Shown here: piece by piece, positions 41,520-50,785 of the stretch | Numbering within the stretch: position 1 is the stretch's first letter | Layout of the letters: the number at the start of each line of letters is the position of its first letter | From: Candidatus Moraniibacteriota bacterium | Lineage (GTDB): Bacteria > Patescibacteriota > Minisyncoccia > Moranbacterales > UBA1568 | Assembly: GCA_023261645.1 (NCBI GenBank) | Contig: JAHFOO010000001.1 | Coordinates: forward strand, 3,871-67,870 | Length of the DNA stretch: 64,000 nt | Reading direction: 5' to 3' | Made by a program: the position numbers and the translations under genes | Notes under the pieces: generated by a model | Database searches by the model: none | What the model was told of the DNA's origin: nothing | What the model saw: only the letters and a program-made list of their open reading frames with translations

Positions 41520-42422
41520 ATGGAAAAAGTATACTTTCATAAGCTTCTTTCCCAAGCGTGGATCGCTTCTCGAGCGAAGAAACTGCCGTGGATTTTCGCA
41601 TCTGTTGTAGCCTTCGCCGGCCTCATAGGAAGTCACGTAAATGCTGATTTGGAAGAAGCTGCTTCTCCGGAAGAACTCTTCCGCATCATTGCACAGAAAT
41701 CACCGCACGAAGTATGGTATATTCTCCTCGGTTTGTCCGTCTTTTTTGTTGTGAACATCATAGGAAAAAGTAATCTGATCGTTTCCCTTTCTTTCATCAC
41801 ATACAAGAATAATCTTCCGAATCATCCGACTACTCCTCGAGCCATAGGAAGCAACTTCATACGTTCATTTTTTCTTGAGTGTATAGCGCTCCTCCTTCTT
41901 ATTGTGACTGTAGGATTTCTCTCCCTTCCTCTTCTTATTGCATCTGAAACGAATCCTGGAACGCTATCCTCACTTATCATTTTTAGTTTCCTTACTTTTA
42001 TTCCTATCGCTCTTACTATTTTTTTGATAAAACAATTCGCTCTTTTTTATCTTCTTCTTTCCCCGCTCGGCATTCGAGGATCTATCGAGACCGGCAGCGC
42101 CCTTTTCTCTCGATTTTTCTCACTCAGTCTCCTCTTCGCCTTTTTCTCTTTTCTCGTAACCATCTCCTTTACTTTTTTCGCAAATCTCGTTATCCTGGGT
42201 ATTACCGTTCTTTCGAAAAATATCCCCCTCCCTTTCGGAGAAGGAATCCCCTCTCTTATCGTTTCATTTATTTTCTTTGCATGGTTCGCTCTTTTTGAGC
42301 AGGCACTGTGGCTCGCATTCTTCCAGTCCATCGGAGGCAAGCATAAAGAAAGCAGAGCAGTCAAAGAAAAAGAGAACGGTTTGGATACAGATGCCCTCCC
42401 GGAAGTCCCTCCGGCGCAATAA
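41520..42422 (+). CDS. Multi-pass membrane protein, unknown function
   Basis: 300 aa with about 6 hydrophobic segments. Confidence 0.7.
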   Translation: MEKVYFHKLLSQAWIASRAKKLPWIFASVVAFAGLIGSHVNADLEEAASPEELFRIIAQKSPHEVWYILLGLSVFFVVNIIGKSNLIVSLSFITYKNNLPNHPTTPRAIGSNFIRSFFLECIALLLLIVTVGFLSLPLLIASETNPGTLSSLIIFSFLTFIPIALTIFLIKQFALFYLLLSPLGIRGSIETGSALFSRFFSLSLLFAFFSFLVTISFTFFANLVILGITVLSKNIPLPFGEGIPSLIVSFIFFAWFALFEQALWLAFFQSIGGKHKESRAVKEKENGLDTDALPEVPPAQ

Positions 42423-42426
42423 TTAG

Positions 42427-42503
42427 GGGCTTGTAGCTCAGTTGGTTAGAGCGCTACATTGACATTGTAGAGGTCTCCAGTTCGAATCTGGACAAGCCCA
42501 CCA
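42427..42503 (+). tRNA. tRNA-Val(GAC)
   Basis: GGGCTTG...CAAGCCCACCA; anticodon arm CTACA-TTGACAT-TGTAG; encoded CCA. Confidence 0.95.
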
Positions 42504-42575
42504 TTTTTTCGAATCAATAAAAAAAATACCCCATTCGAGAAGAATCGGGGTATTTTTGATTAGTATTCTGCGATA

Positions 42576-43640
42576 TCAAGGATTGGGAGAAACAGCTGCA
42601 GGTGGTACGGGCGTATTTGTCTTGATGCCAACATTCACATTCTGATTCGTATTGCCCATATATTGCACTGCTGGACCGAAAGTTTTGGTCTGTGCATTCG
42701 TTGTCTGAGAGACTTGGCCATTGACATTGCTGATTTCCCGGTTGATTTTCGATTGTACTTCGCCGACTCCATTCTGGATGAGGTTGCTTACAAGTTTGTT
42801 TGCCATCGCCGATACGACTCCGCTCAGCAGTTCTCCTGGATTCGATGCTGTAGCAATCATTTTGTTGCCAAGGTCCTGAACGTTGGTAACAGCAGCCTGG
42901 ATAGTTCCTGCAGGCGCTACTACCATTCCATTTTTCTCCTCTGGCAAGAAACCGCCTGCTGATATAGCTTTGACCATTGCTGTTTGTCTATTCATCTCTA
43001 TTTGATTTTGATATGCCTCTTGTGCTTGCAACGTGTAGCCGAAAGTATTGTTGGCAGGATTTGAAAAGAAAGCATTCAATCCGCGGAAGTCGCCCGTTGC
43101 GAACATTGTTCCGGGATTCGGAGTGTATTCCTCCAAGTTATAGACTGCCGCACCGTTATTTTCTGTTGTCGCATTCTTTGCCGCAGAGATGAGATACGAA
43201 ACATAATTGTCACCAATACCATTGCTACCACCGGCAGGAGTATAGTTTGCCGTAGATCCTTTTCCGCGCGTGGTCATCGAGAAGAAATCATTCATATAAA
43301 GATTGGCATTCTGTGTCGGAGTTTGGTACAAGAATTCATTAAAATTCGTGATGTAAAGAGGTTGACTACCGGTTCCTCCACCGACCAGCTGACCCACCTT
43401 GCTGTTGAGCATCTGTATGGCTGTCATCTTCAGCGTTCCAAGGAGAGCTCCTTCAATCTGACGTTGAATCTGCTCCATCATTTGTTTTATCATAGCTGCT
43501 GCATATGTCGATCCCCAATAATCAGCCTTCGCCGTCTGAGGCATCGAAAAAAAGAGCATACCGATAAACAGCATCAGAAGAGAAGCCGTCATTTTTTTTA
43601 CGGTCTTTGTCGATTTTTTCTCCCCTTGTATTGAAATCAT
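42576..43640 (-). CDS. Secreted hypothetical protein (signal peptide, Q/N/G-rich)
   Basis: Hydrophobic N-terminus ending AKA-DYWG; 354 aa. Confidence 0.7.
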   Translation of the reverse strand: MISIQGEKKSTKTVKKMTASLLMLFIGMLFFSMPQTAKADYWGSTYAAAMIKQMMEQIQRQIEGALLGTLKMTAIQMLNSKVGQLVGGGTGSQPLYITNFNEFLYQTPTQNANLYMNDFFSMTTRGKGSTANYTPAGGSNGIGDNYVSYLISAAKNATTENNGAAVYNLEEYTPNPGTMFATGDFRGLNAFFSNPANNTFGYTLQAQEAYQNQIEMNRQTAMVKAISAGGFLPEEKNGMVVAPAGTIQAAVTNVQDLGNKMIATASNPGELLSGVVSAMANKLVSNLIQNGVGEVQSKINREISNVNGQVSQTTNAQTKTFGPAVQYMGNTNQNVNVGIKTNTPVPPAAVSPNP

Positions 43641-43646
43641 AGATAT

Positions 43647-44633
43647 CTAGAAATTAATCGGAATCGTATCGATACCAAGATCAGATAATTTTTTGGATAC
43701 TTCATCACTGAATCCTGTAATACTGCCGAAGAACCCTTGTGCTTTGGAAAGCACGGCAATTTGTCCCAAAGGATCGGTATCCGAAGGCTTCAGCTCCCCT
43801 TTCAGTTGCATCGCGTATTCCGCCAATTGCAGAGCCTTCACGTGTATATCGAGCATTTTTTCTGGCACTTCTATGTCTTTCAATTCTGTCAACATTTTTT
43901 CTCCCCGATTGGACAACTCATCGAGAGCTTGCATATTGCCCGATGCCAGACCGGAGATGGATTCGAGTGAGAGGTTGTTAAAAATAGCGCTCAGATCATC
44001 CTGAGTCTGGAAAGTTTTCGGAGAATTGTTTGCAATCAAGTAAGAAAGCATCGTCAAATATTCCAGCGCATCTTTTTTTTCTTGCTCAGACTGTTTCTTA
44101 TCACTCAGGTTTTTTGATATCTTTTTTATCTTGATATCTTTTGTAGATATTTCGGGAAGGATCACTTCATCGATAGTGCCATTTGTCACTTTGTCGACAG
44201 AGTTGTTGATATCCTCCAGAGAAATTTCTTGTCCACTCTTGTCCGTGTTTTTGAGCAAAGAAGCGATTTCACCGGAAACTTGTTCTGTAAGATTGTTTGT
44301 CTTTTCTTGAGAAAATGTCGATGCACTTTCGACTACTTCTTTCACTACCTTGTCTCCCGGTGCGGGTTTCAATGGATCATAACCGCTCATCACTTCTATT
44401 CCATCACTGTAGCCATCACCATCCGTATCTTTGTTCATCGGATCTGTTCCATACAATTTCTCCTCATCGTTGCTCAGACCGTCTTGATCGGTATCCTGGA
44501 AAATATTTTTTGTACTCGATGTGTCCGCAGCAAAAACAAAGACAGTCGTACTCAGAATAAGTAAGCTAAAAAAAAGAAAAAACGTAAATTTCGTACCCTT
44601 TTCTGAAAAACTTGGAAAGAATATTTTCGACAT
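43647..44633 (-). CDS. Secreted or anchored protein with DTDxDG Ca-binding-type repeats
   Basis: N-terminal TM; DTDQDGLSNDEE...TDP...DTDGDGYSDGIE. Confidence 0.75.
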   Translation of the reverse strand: MSKIFFPSFSEKGTKFTFFLFFSLLILSTTVFVFAADTSSTKNIFQDTDQDGLSNDEEKLYGTDPMNKDTDGDGYSDGIEVMSGYDPLKPAPGDKVVKEVVESASTFSQEKTNNLTEQVSGEIASLLKNTDKSGQEISLEDINNSVDKVTNGTIDEVILPEISTKDIKIKKISKNLSDKKQSEQEKKDALEYLTMLSYLIANNSPKTFQTQDDLSAIFNNLSLESISGLASGNMQALDELSNRGEKMLTELKDIEVPEKMLDIHVKALQLAEYAMQLKGELKPSDTDPLGQIAVLSKAQGFFGSITGFSDEVSKKLSDLGIDTIPINF

Positions 44634-44867
44634 ATCTCTGTTTGTTTTTTATGTATTTTCATTATAACATAATTTCAAATAATTCAAATTACCACACTAG
44701 AGCACTCCTTTTTTTAGATACGAGGACAGAAAAAATGATTAAATTATTATAACACATATTATATATTTGTCAATATTTGAGATTACGTTGCCCGGATTGA
44801 ATATAACAGCAAAGAGTGATGCCATCTCTCTTCTGGAATTAAGTGTTTGTGTTTATTCTTCTGTAAA

Positions 44868-45706
44868 TGTTCCACGTGGAACATATACTCTGTTATTGAC
44901 ACGAAAAAGAAACGGATATGTTCCACGTGGAACATATATTGGCACAAAATAGGATGTGTAGATAGCATAAAGTAAATGGACGGCAGTTTAATAAGAAATC
45001 AATAAAGATATCGGATCTTTGTATAAAAAGATTATGTTCCACGTGGAACATAAACTGATGTCGTTCGTTAATAATCCAAGTAATGTTCCACGTGGAACAT
45101 CCTTTCGTGCCATCCAATCTTAATTGATTTTATGTTCCACGTGGAACATAAGAAATATAAATACAGATAAAAAGAGAGCAAGTTTCTATGATATGAATAA
45201 AAGGCTGATATAAAGTATTTTTATAGAAAATAACTAATTTCGACTTAAAGTGTTCAGTATATGTTCCACGTGGAACATATACTGAACATAATAATGCAAA
45301 GAAGATCAAAATGTTCCACGTGGAACATTTACTCTGTCACTGACACGAAAAATAAACGGATATGTTCCACGTGGAACATCTATATATCCCAGAACTCTAA
45401 TTTGTTCCACGTGGAACATTTTGGTACATAAATTGATGAATACAATACGATCATAAACAAGAATACGGATAAAAAGGCTCTATTGAAACATTTTTTTGAT
45501 ATTCTTCTTAAACTGGTGGGGGTAATAAGATGCTTTTTTAAGTATATTTCATCCAAGAGAGGTTTTTTTCGTGAGCCGAAGGATATAATAAAGGCTCAAG
45601 GAAACTGGAATTCATATATTGATATAGAATAATCTGGTATATGTTCCACGTGAAACATATACTAATACTGTTCGTTAATAATCCAAGTAATGTTCCACGT
45701 GGAACA
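44868..45706. repeat. Cluster of 11 parS-type palindromes TGTTCCACGTGGAACA
   Basis: Copies start at 44868, 44919, 45035, 45084, 45133, 45262, 45312, 45363, 45403, 45642 (variant ...GTGAAACA) and 45691; match the bacterial parS consensus TGTTNCACGTGNAACA; about 17 kb from oriC. Confidence 0.88.
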
Positions 45707-46016
45707 TATGTTCTTTTTGTTGAGATATTGACAAAGTTATACATTTATTGTATAAAATGAATAATAGAGAGGTATATTCAAATATTTGATATGTACACTA
45801 CCTATAGAGAGAGGAAGAGAAATAGTATAAAGGAGAAAAAAGTGGAAAATACCATAAATCGCTCAATTATAATAAAAGAATATATGTATGAAACTCTCAA
45901 GCATTGACGAATCGAGAAAACACAGTATGATAAGTAAAGTACCGCGTGTATAGTAAATGGAGGGGATAATGAAAAGGAACCTTTGTCATCTCAAATGGTT
46001 CTAATAGGTATAATTC

Positions 46017-46089
46017 GGGCCGTTGGCACAGTTGGTAGCGCGCCTCCATGGCATGGAGGAGGTCGCCGGTTCGAATCCGGCACGGTCCA
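46017..46089 (+). tRNA. tRNA-Ala(GGC)
   Basis: GGGCCGT...ACGGTCCA with G3:U70; CCTCC-ATGGCAT-GGAGG. Confidence 0.93.
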
Positions 46090-46183
46090 CATCACATATT
46101 TCAATAGAGCCCTTGTTGTCCGATGAATACCGGTTTGCGTTAGGTAGAGAATAACCAGATATTCATTTATCGTAATACAAATT

Positions 46184-46255
46184 GCCTCCGTAGCTCAATG
46201 GATAGAGCTATCCCGTCCTAAGGGAGAAATGACAGTTCGATTCTGCCCGGGGGCA
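46184..46255 (+). tRNA. tRNA-Arg(CCT)
   Basis: GCCTCCG...CGGGGGCA; TCCC-GTCCTAA-GGGA; GTTCGA T-loop. Confidence 0.88.
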
Positions 46256-46364
46256 CAAAAAAGTCATTACGAGGCCCTCCTTGTCTGTCGACAAACAGAG
46301 ATTCCTGACGAGAGCATATCAAGAGGTTATTCGTATCACTTATAAAAATTATTCTCTATTCTCT

Positions 46365-46700
46365 ATGGCTTCAATGCGTATCATAAAAGTGAACAATCTC
46401 ATTAAGCAACTTCTTGCCGAGATTATGGAGCGCGAACTTTCCTTGAAAATAGGCGTGTTCATAACTATCGCGAAGGTTGACACGTCTCCAGATCTCCGCT
46501 ATACTCGGATGTTTGTGAGTGTCTTTCCTGAACAGGAATCTCATTATGTCTCAGAAACGCTTAAAAAGGAGTTGCCGAAGATTCAAAAACATCTTTACCG
46601 GAAGCTCCATATGAAACCTCTCCCGAAAATCTCCTTTGAAATAGATACGACCGCACAAGAAGCTGATAAAGTAGAGAAGATTCTGAAAGAAATATTTTAG
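46365..46700 (+). CDS. rbfA: Ribosome-binding factor A
   Basis: RIIKVNNLI, ITIAKVDTSPDL, LHMKPLPKISFEID. Confidence 0.88.
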   Translation: MASMRIIKVNNLIKQLLAEIMERELSLKIGVFITIAKVDTSPDLRYTRMFVSVFPEQESHYVSETLKKELPKIQKHLYRKLHMKPLPKISFEIDTTAQEADKVEKILKEIF

Positions 46701-46737
46701 GCTTAATAAAGTCATTTTTTGGAGTTATACACCTGTT

Positions 46738-47697
46738 ATGCAAAATTTTGACTCCGAATTCCATACTTTGAAATATATCATAGCGAAAGCAAATCGCATC
46801 TTGCTTTTTGCTCACAACCGACCAGATCCCGATACTGTCGGTGCCAATCTCGCTCTGTCAGAATACATCAAAAACTGTGGAAAACATGTGGATATTGCCT
46901 GTTTCGATGCTTTTCCTGATAATCTGAAGCATTTATTCGAGGGCACCTTCTTTCATCCGGAACAACTTGATCTTACGAGCTACGACGCTATCATCGCATC
47001 TGACAGTGTCGATCGCGGTTTTGATAAAGTCATAGGAACCCTTTCTGAAAAACAAGTTGTTGTCCTTATTGATCATCATCCAGATATACATATTACCGGT
47101 GATGTGAATATGGTGGATGCAGAATATTCTTCATCGTCTGAACTGCTCTATCTTTTCTTCTCGACAACAGAAATAAAAATCACCAAAGTGATGGCGACAA
47201 TGCTCCTTACAGGAATACTTTTTGATACCGGAGGACTACAACATTCCAACGTTTCTCCACGCGTTATGGAAATAGCATCGGATCTCGTGAAGAAAGGGGC
47301 TCCACTGGAAAAAATAACACAGATGATTTTCACAAAGAAAAATATCGGCGCGCTGAAGCTGTGGGGGAGAGCCTTCGAAAAAGCACACTTCAATAGAAAA
47401 AATGGGATGCTCGTCACGGCTATTACGAAAAAGGATGTGGAAGATTGCCAAGCCTCTCCGGAAGATATCTATCAGGTTTCTTCCATACTGAGCTCTGTTC
47501 CGGATACCAAGTTTGCTCTCGTCCTTTCGGAAAGAGATGATAATACGGTGAGAGCCAGTTTGCGATCATCAGATCAGGAAGGTGTTGATGTTTCGGCCAT
47601 AGCTCATCAGTTTGGTGGTGGGGGACACAAGCTTGCCAGCGGTTTCGAAATACAAGGGAAACTGTTGGAGACAGAAGAAGGCTGGACAATACAATAA
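46738..47697 (+). CDS. nrnA: Bifunctional oligoribonuclease/PAP phosphatase NrnA (DHH/DHHA1)
   Basis: HNRPDPD, IDHH, DTG, SLRS, GGGGHKLASG; follows rbfA. Confidence 0.9.
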   Translation: MQNFDSEFHTLKYIIAKANRILLFAHNRPDPDTVGANLALSEYIKNCGKHVDIACFDAFPDNLKHLFEGTFFHPEQLDLTSYDAIIASDSVDRGFDKVIGTLSEKQVVVLIDHHPDIHITGDVNMVDAEYSSSSELLYLFFSTTEIKITKVMATMLLTGILFDTGGLQHSNVSPRVMEIASDLVKKGAPLEKITQMIFTKKNIGALKLWGRAFEKAHFNRKNGMLVTAITKKDVEDCQASPEDIYQVSSILSSVPDTKFALVLSERDDNTVRASLRSSDQEGVDVSAIAHQFGGGGHKLASGFEIQGKLLETEEGWTIQ

Positions 47698-47883
47698 GTA
47701 ACTGTCTCAAATCTCACCGCTTTACTCAAAAGAAAAAAGAGAAGCTTGTCTTATAAAATGTCCATATTTCGGCTGAAAACCTCTCAAAGCTCATTGGATT
47801 ATCACGATAGTCCGCTTCACTTTTCAAAATTTTCATCTCGAAATCTGAACATTTTCTCAAGACATGAGATTGTAGACCGTTAC
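47698..47883. mobile_element. MITE-like inverted-repeat element (186 bp)
   Basis: Ends GTAACTGTCTCAAATCTCA / TGAGATTGTAGACCGTTAC (16/19 complementary), internal long imperfect hairpin, TAA on both flanks. Confidence 0.55.
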
Positions 47884-47898
47884 TAAGAAAACCTTTCT

Positions 47899-48516
47899 AT
47901 GGAAAAGAAAAAAAATACAGTGAAAGAAAAAAAATTGGAGGCAATCAATGCTTACTGGGAAAAACACTGTACTTGCGGTTTACGAGAAGGAGCAATACAG
48001 GCTGTTCCAGGCAACGGTGATGCAGACGCACAGATCCTTTTCATCGGTGAGGCCCCTGGAAAAAAAGAAGACTTCGAAGGCATACCGTTCATCGGTTCGG
48101 CAGGAAAATTTCTCAGTGAAATGTTGGCATCTATCCATCTCAAACGTGAAGATATTTTCATTACCAATGTCGTCAAATATCGTCCACCGGAAAATCGCGA
48201 TCCATCACCGGAAGAGAAAGAAGCGTGCAGGCAATGGCTCGTGGATCAAGTGAAGAGTATCGACCCGGTTCTTATTGTCACGCTTGGACGACACGCGATG
48301 GAAAATTTTATTCCGGATAGAAAAATTTCTGAAATACACGGGAAAACTTTTTGTATGACATTTCCGGATCTTGGCATGCGAAATTTTTTCTGCCTCTATC
48401 ATCCTGCTGCCGCACTCTATAATGGGGGACTGCGAGAAGCACTGAAAAAAGATTTCAAAAAAATTCCACGTCTCCTGAGGAAAATTCAGAAAGAAAAAAA
48501 TTCAGTTACAAACTGA
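47899..48516 (+). CDS. Family 4 uracil-DNA glycosylase
   Basis: GEAPG, PFIGSAG, ITNVVKYRPPENRDP, YHPAAALY. Confidence 0.92.
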   Translation: MEKKKNTVKEKKLEAINAYWEKHCTCGLREGAIQAVPGNGDADAQILFIGEAPGKKEDFEGIPFIGSAGKFLSEMLASIHLKREDIFITNVVKYRPPENRDPSPEEKEACRQWLVDQVKSIDPVLIVTLGRHAMENFIPDRKISEIHGKTFCMTFPDLGMRNFFCLYHPAAALYNGGLREALKKDFKKIPRLLRKIQKEKNSVTN

Positions 48517-48529
48517 ATTTTCTACATAG

Positions 48530-48612
48530 TGCCGCGGGCGAGACTCGAACTCGCATGATCTTACGATCCGAGGATTTTAAGTCCTCTACGTATACCATTC
48601 CGCCACCGCGGC
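48530..48612 (-). tRNA. tRNA-Leu(TAA)
   Basis: GCCGCGG...CCGCGGCA; GAGGA-CTTAAAA-TCCTC; long variable arm. Confidence 0.93.
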
Positions 48613-48638
48613 ATCGTTTTATTTACTTTTTTCATATG

Positions 48639-48709
48639 AGGTCCGAAGCGGAATTGAACCGCTGTAAAAGGTTTTGCAGACCTTTGCCTAACCACTCGGC
48701 CATCGGACC
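48639..48709 (-). tRNA. tRNA-Cys(GCA)
   Basis: GGTCCGA...TCGGACCT; AAGGT-CTGCAAA-ACCTT. Confidence 0.93.
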
Positions 48710-48830
48710 ATTCTCTTTTCTGTGGATTTGCAGAACAGAGTAACGTCAGTCTATCGAAGTTCTGAGATAGCGTCAACAAAGCATACAAAAACACCCTCAG
48801 ATGAACCAAGGGTGTTTTTTTGGTTGTTTT

Positions 48831-49388
48831 TTACTCTATAACTTCGGCTACCAAATTCTGGCGACCAAAGGCGAATGCTTCACCCTTTGTTTCCATATAG
48901 ATATCGAAGTGGTTGCCTTTGATGGCACCGCCACGATCCTCACAGCGGAGAACACCGACACCTTCGATGGAAATTTTTGTTCCAAACGGATACGATGGAG
49001 GACAGGCCAAAGTGCGTTTTTCGGCAACCTTGAGTCCTGAAGAGGTGATTCCATCGGATTTACCACATTCATCGGCCGCAGCCGTATAGGCAGAAGCATT
49101 GATGGTAAACTTCTCTTTGGGAAGAGCAGACCACAAATGAGCCTGTTTCTCTTTCCAACGATTAAGTGTCTTTTCTTCAAAGGTTTGTGGTTCTGTACTT
49201 GCTGTCATAACCGCAGATTCTCCCTTTTCGATTTCAAATGTCCATTTCAGAAGAAATGGATCGCTTTTGAAACTATAGAGATTTGTCAGCGGGAGCTTAT
49301 TTTGCTCCGCTTTGGCTTGTACGGTGTTTATATTGAAAAGCGTTATCGAGAGTGCTACTACGAAAAGAAAATCCTTTCGAAATGTCAT
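48831..49388 (-). CDS. Secreted 3D-domain protein (MltA-like cell-wall enzyme)
   Basis: Signal peptide; ASAYT, GITSSG, PFGT, EDRGGAIKGNHFDIY. Confidence 0.85.
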   Translation of the reverse strand: MTFRKDFLFVVALSITLFNINTVQAKAEQNKLPLTNLYSFKSDPFLLKWTFEIEKGESAVMTASTEPQTFEEKTLNRWKEKQAHLWSALPKEKFTINASAYTAAADECGKSDGITSSGLKVAEKRTLACPPSYPFGTKISIEGVGVLRCEDRGGAIKGNHFDIYMETKGEAFAFGRQNLVAEVIE

Positions 49389-49604
49389 AGATTGTCTTTA
49401 GGAGTAAGCCGATACCCCTCGCAAGAGGAACGGGTCGACTCTTGAGTCAACAAACGATAATAGCACATATCTCAACCATTGTCAATCATACAATGTTGAT
49501 GATTGGCTTACATAAAGCATAATTTTATATTAATTTCATTATTATACTTCATTTAAGCCAAAACAAAAAATAGGCCATTTTTGGCCTATAAAAGAGGACT
49601 ATTT

Positions 49605-50063
49605 TTAGAGAGTAGAATTGATCTTATTTCTATTTTCTTGTATGAGCTGAAGTGACAGGATGAAGATAGAAATGATAATAACAGTGCAAAGAAGGCAAAG
49701 AATGCAGTAAGCATGGATGAATCGAATCTCTCTATAGATGATAAAGCCATTGAAACACACCCCGAGTCCGGACAAAATGGCAATGATTCTCGCGGGATGG
49801 AAAGAAGCCCTTTTGTATCCGTACCAGGCCAGCCCCAAGAGGACAGGGTATATAAGAAGAGCTATCCAGGGAAATGGAATGCCAAAGACGAGTGACAGTG
49901 GGTTCCGTAGAACATCCGTGCAGGAACTCCATCTCGAAAAATCGCATATCGTTGTCAATTTGTCAGAATCGACAAAATGATAAATATATGACTTGTAACT
50001 GAGGTAGGCCGCATTCACTATAGCAAGTGAAGCGAGGATGATGATGATGGAATATTTTTTCAT
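49605..50063 (-). CDS. Vitamin K epoxide reductase (VKOR) family protein
   Basis: C...SCTDVL...FGIP, four TMs, YCILC. Confidence 0.85.
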   Translation of the reverse strand: MKKYSIIIILASLAIVNAAYLSYKSYIYHFVDSDKLTTICDFSRWSSCTDVLRNPLSLVFGIPFPWIALLIYPVLLGLAWYGYKRASFHPARIIAILSGLGVCFNGFIIYREIRFIHAYCILCLLCTVIIISIFILSLQLIQENRNKINSTL

Positions 50064-50294
50064 AGAATAGAGATGTTTTTATACTTACGCTTTTTATCAT
50101 ACCTCATTTATTCTTTCCCGGATAGGGGAAGATTTTGAAAAGAATTTGTTGGATTGATTTAAAGTGAACCACTCTGCTTTTGAGGACGAACCTTGCTTGG
50201 TCCTTTTTCTTTTGTCTCTTTGAGAAGAGCGGATGCTTTGTTCTTGGTGTTTATGTTATGATATAGAAGTAAATATATTTTTTTAAGAAATGCT

Positions 50295-50744
50295 ATGATG
50301 AAACACTCTATCACTCCGCTCGCGGAATTGAGAAAAAATATCAAACCGATTCGAAATATCAACATTGAACATCTCAAGAGATTGAGTGCTCTCGACAGAC
50401 TCGCCTATTTTATCACACAGTACGTTGGGACAATGGGATTTTTCTTGATAATTTTTCTCTGGACGATTCTCTGGTTAGGTTGGAACATCTTTATGCCGGC
50501 AGAATCGCGCTTTGATCCCTATCCAGCTTTTGTCTTGTGGCTTTTCATTTCCAATATGATTCAGATTTTTCTTATGCCACTTCTTCTCGTCGGACAGAAC
50601 CTGCAAGGCAGATATTCTGAAGCGCGTGCTGAAGCTGATTTCGAGGTCAACACTCAGGCAGAAAAAGAAATCGGTGCCATTCTGATCCATCTGGAAAACC
50701 AAAACGAACTTATTTTGGAAATACTGCAACACGTGAAGAAATAA
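50295..50744 (+). CDS. DUF1003-like membrane protein
   Basis: DRLA...VGTMGF, FDPYP, PLLLVGQN, DFEVN. Confidence 0.8.
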   Translation: MMKHSITPLAELRKNIKPIRNINIEHLKRLSALDRLAYFITQYVGTMGFFLIIFLWTILWLGWNIFMPAESRFDPYPAFVLWLFISNMIQIFLMPLLLVGQNLQGRYSEARAEADFEVNTQAEKEIGAILIHLENQNELILEILQHVKK

Positions 50745-50785
50745 TTTTTTGAATGGAAGCGTTTTAAAAATGCCACTCCAAAAAA

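Noticed and set aside
44868-45706. CRISPR array
   Set aside because: Repeat is only 16-18 bp and a perfect parS palindrome, spacing is interrupted by long gaps, spacers are internally duplicated, and no cas genes are in the window.
44767-45744. Short ORFs with repeated MFHVEH / VPRGT / CSTWN peptides
   Set aside because: These are translations of the parS palindrome in different frames, not proteins.
42504-46016. Integrated island or prophage between tRNA-Val and tRNA-Ala
   Set aside because: No integrase, phage genes or att duplication of either tRNA seen.
49389-49452. Hairpin-rich leader of the 3D-domain gene as a c-di-AMP (ydaO) riboswitch
   Set aside because: Too short and lacks recognisable ydaO motifs; would need an Rfam scan.
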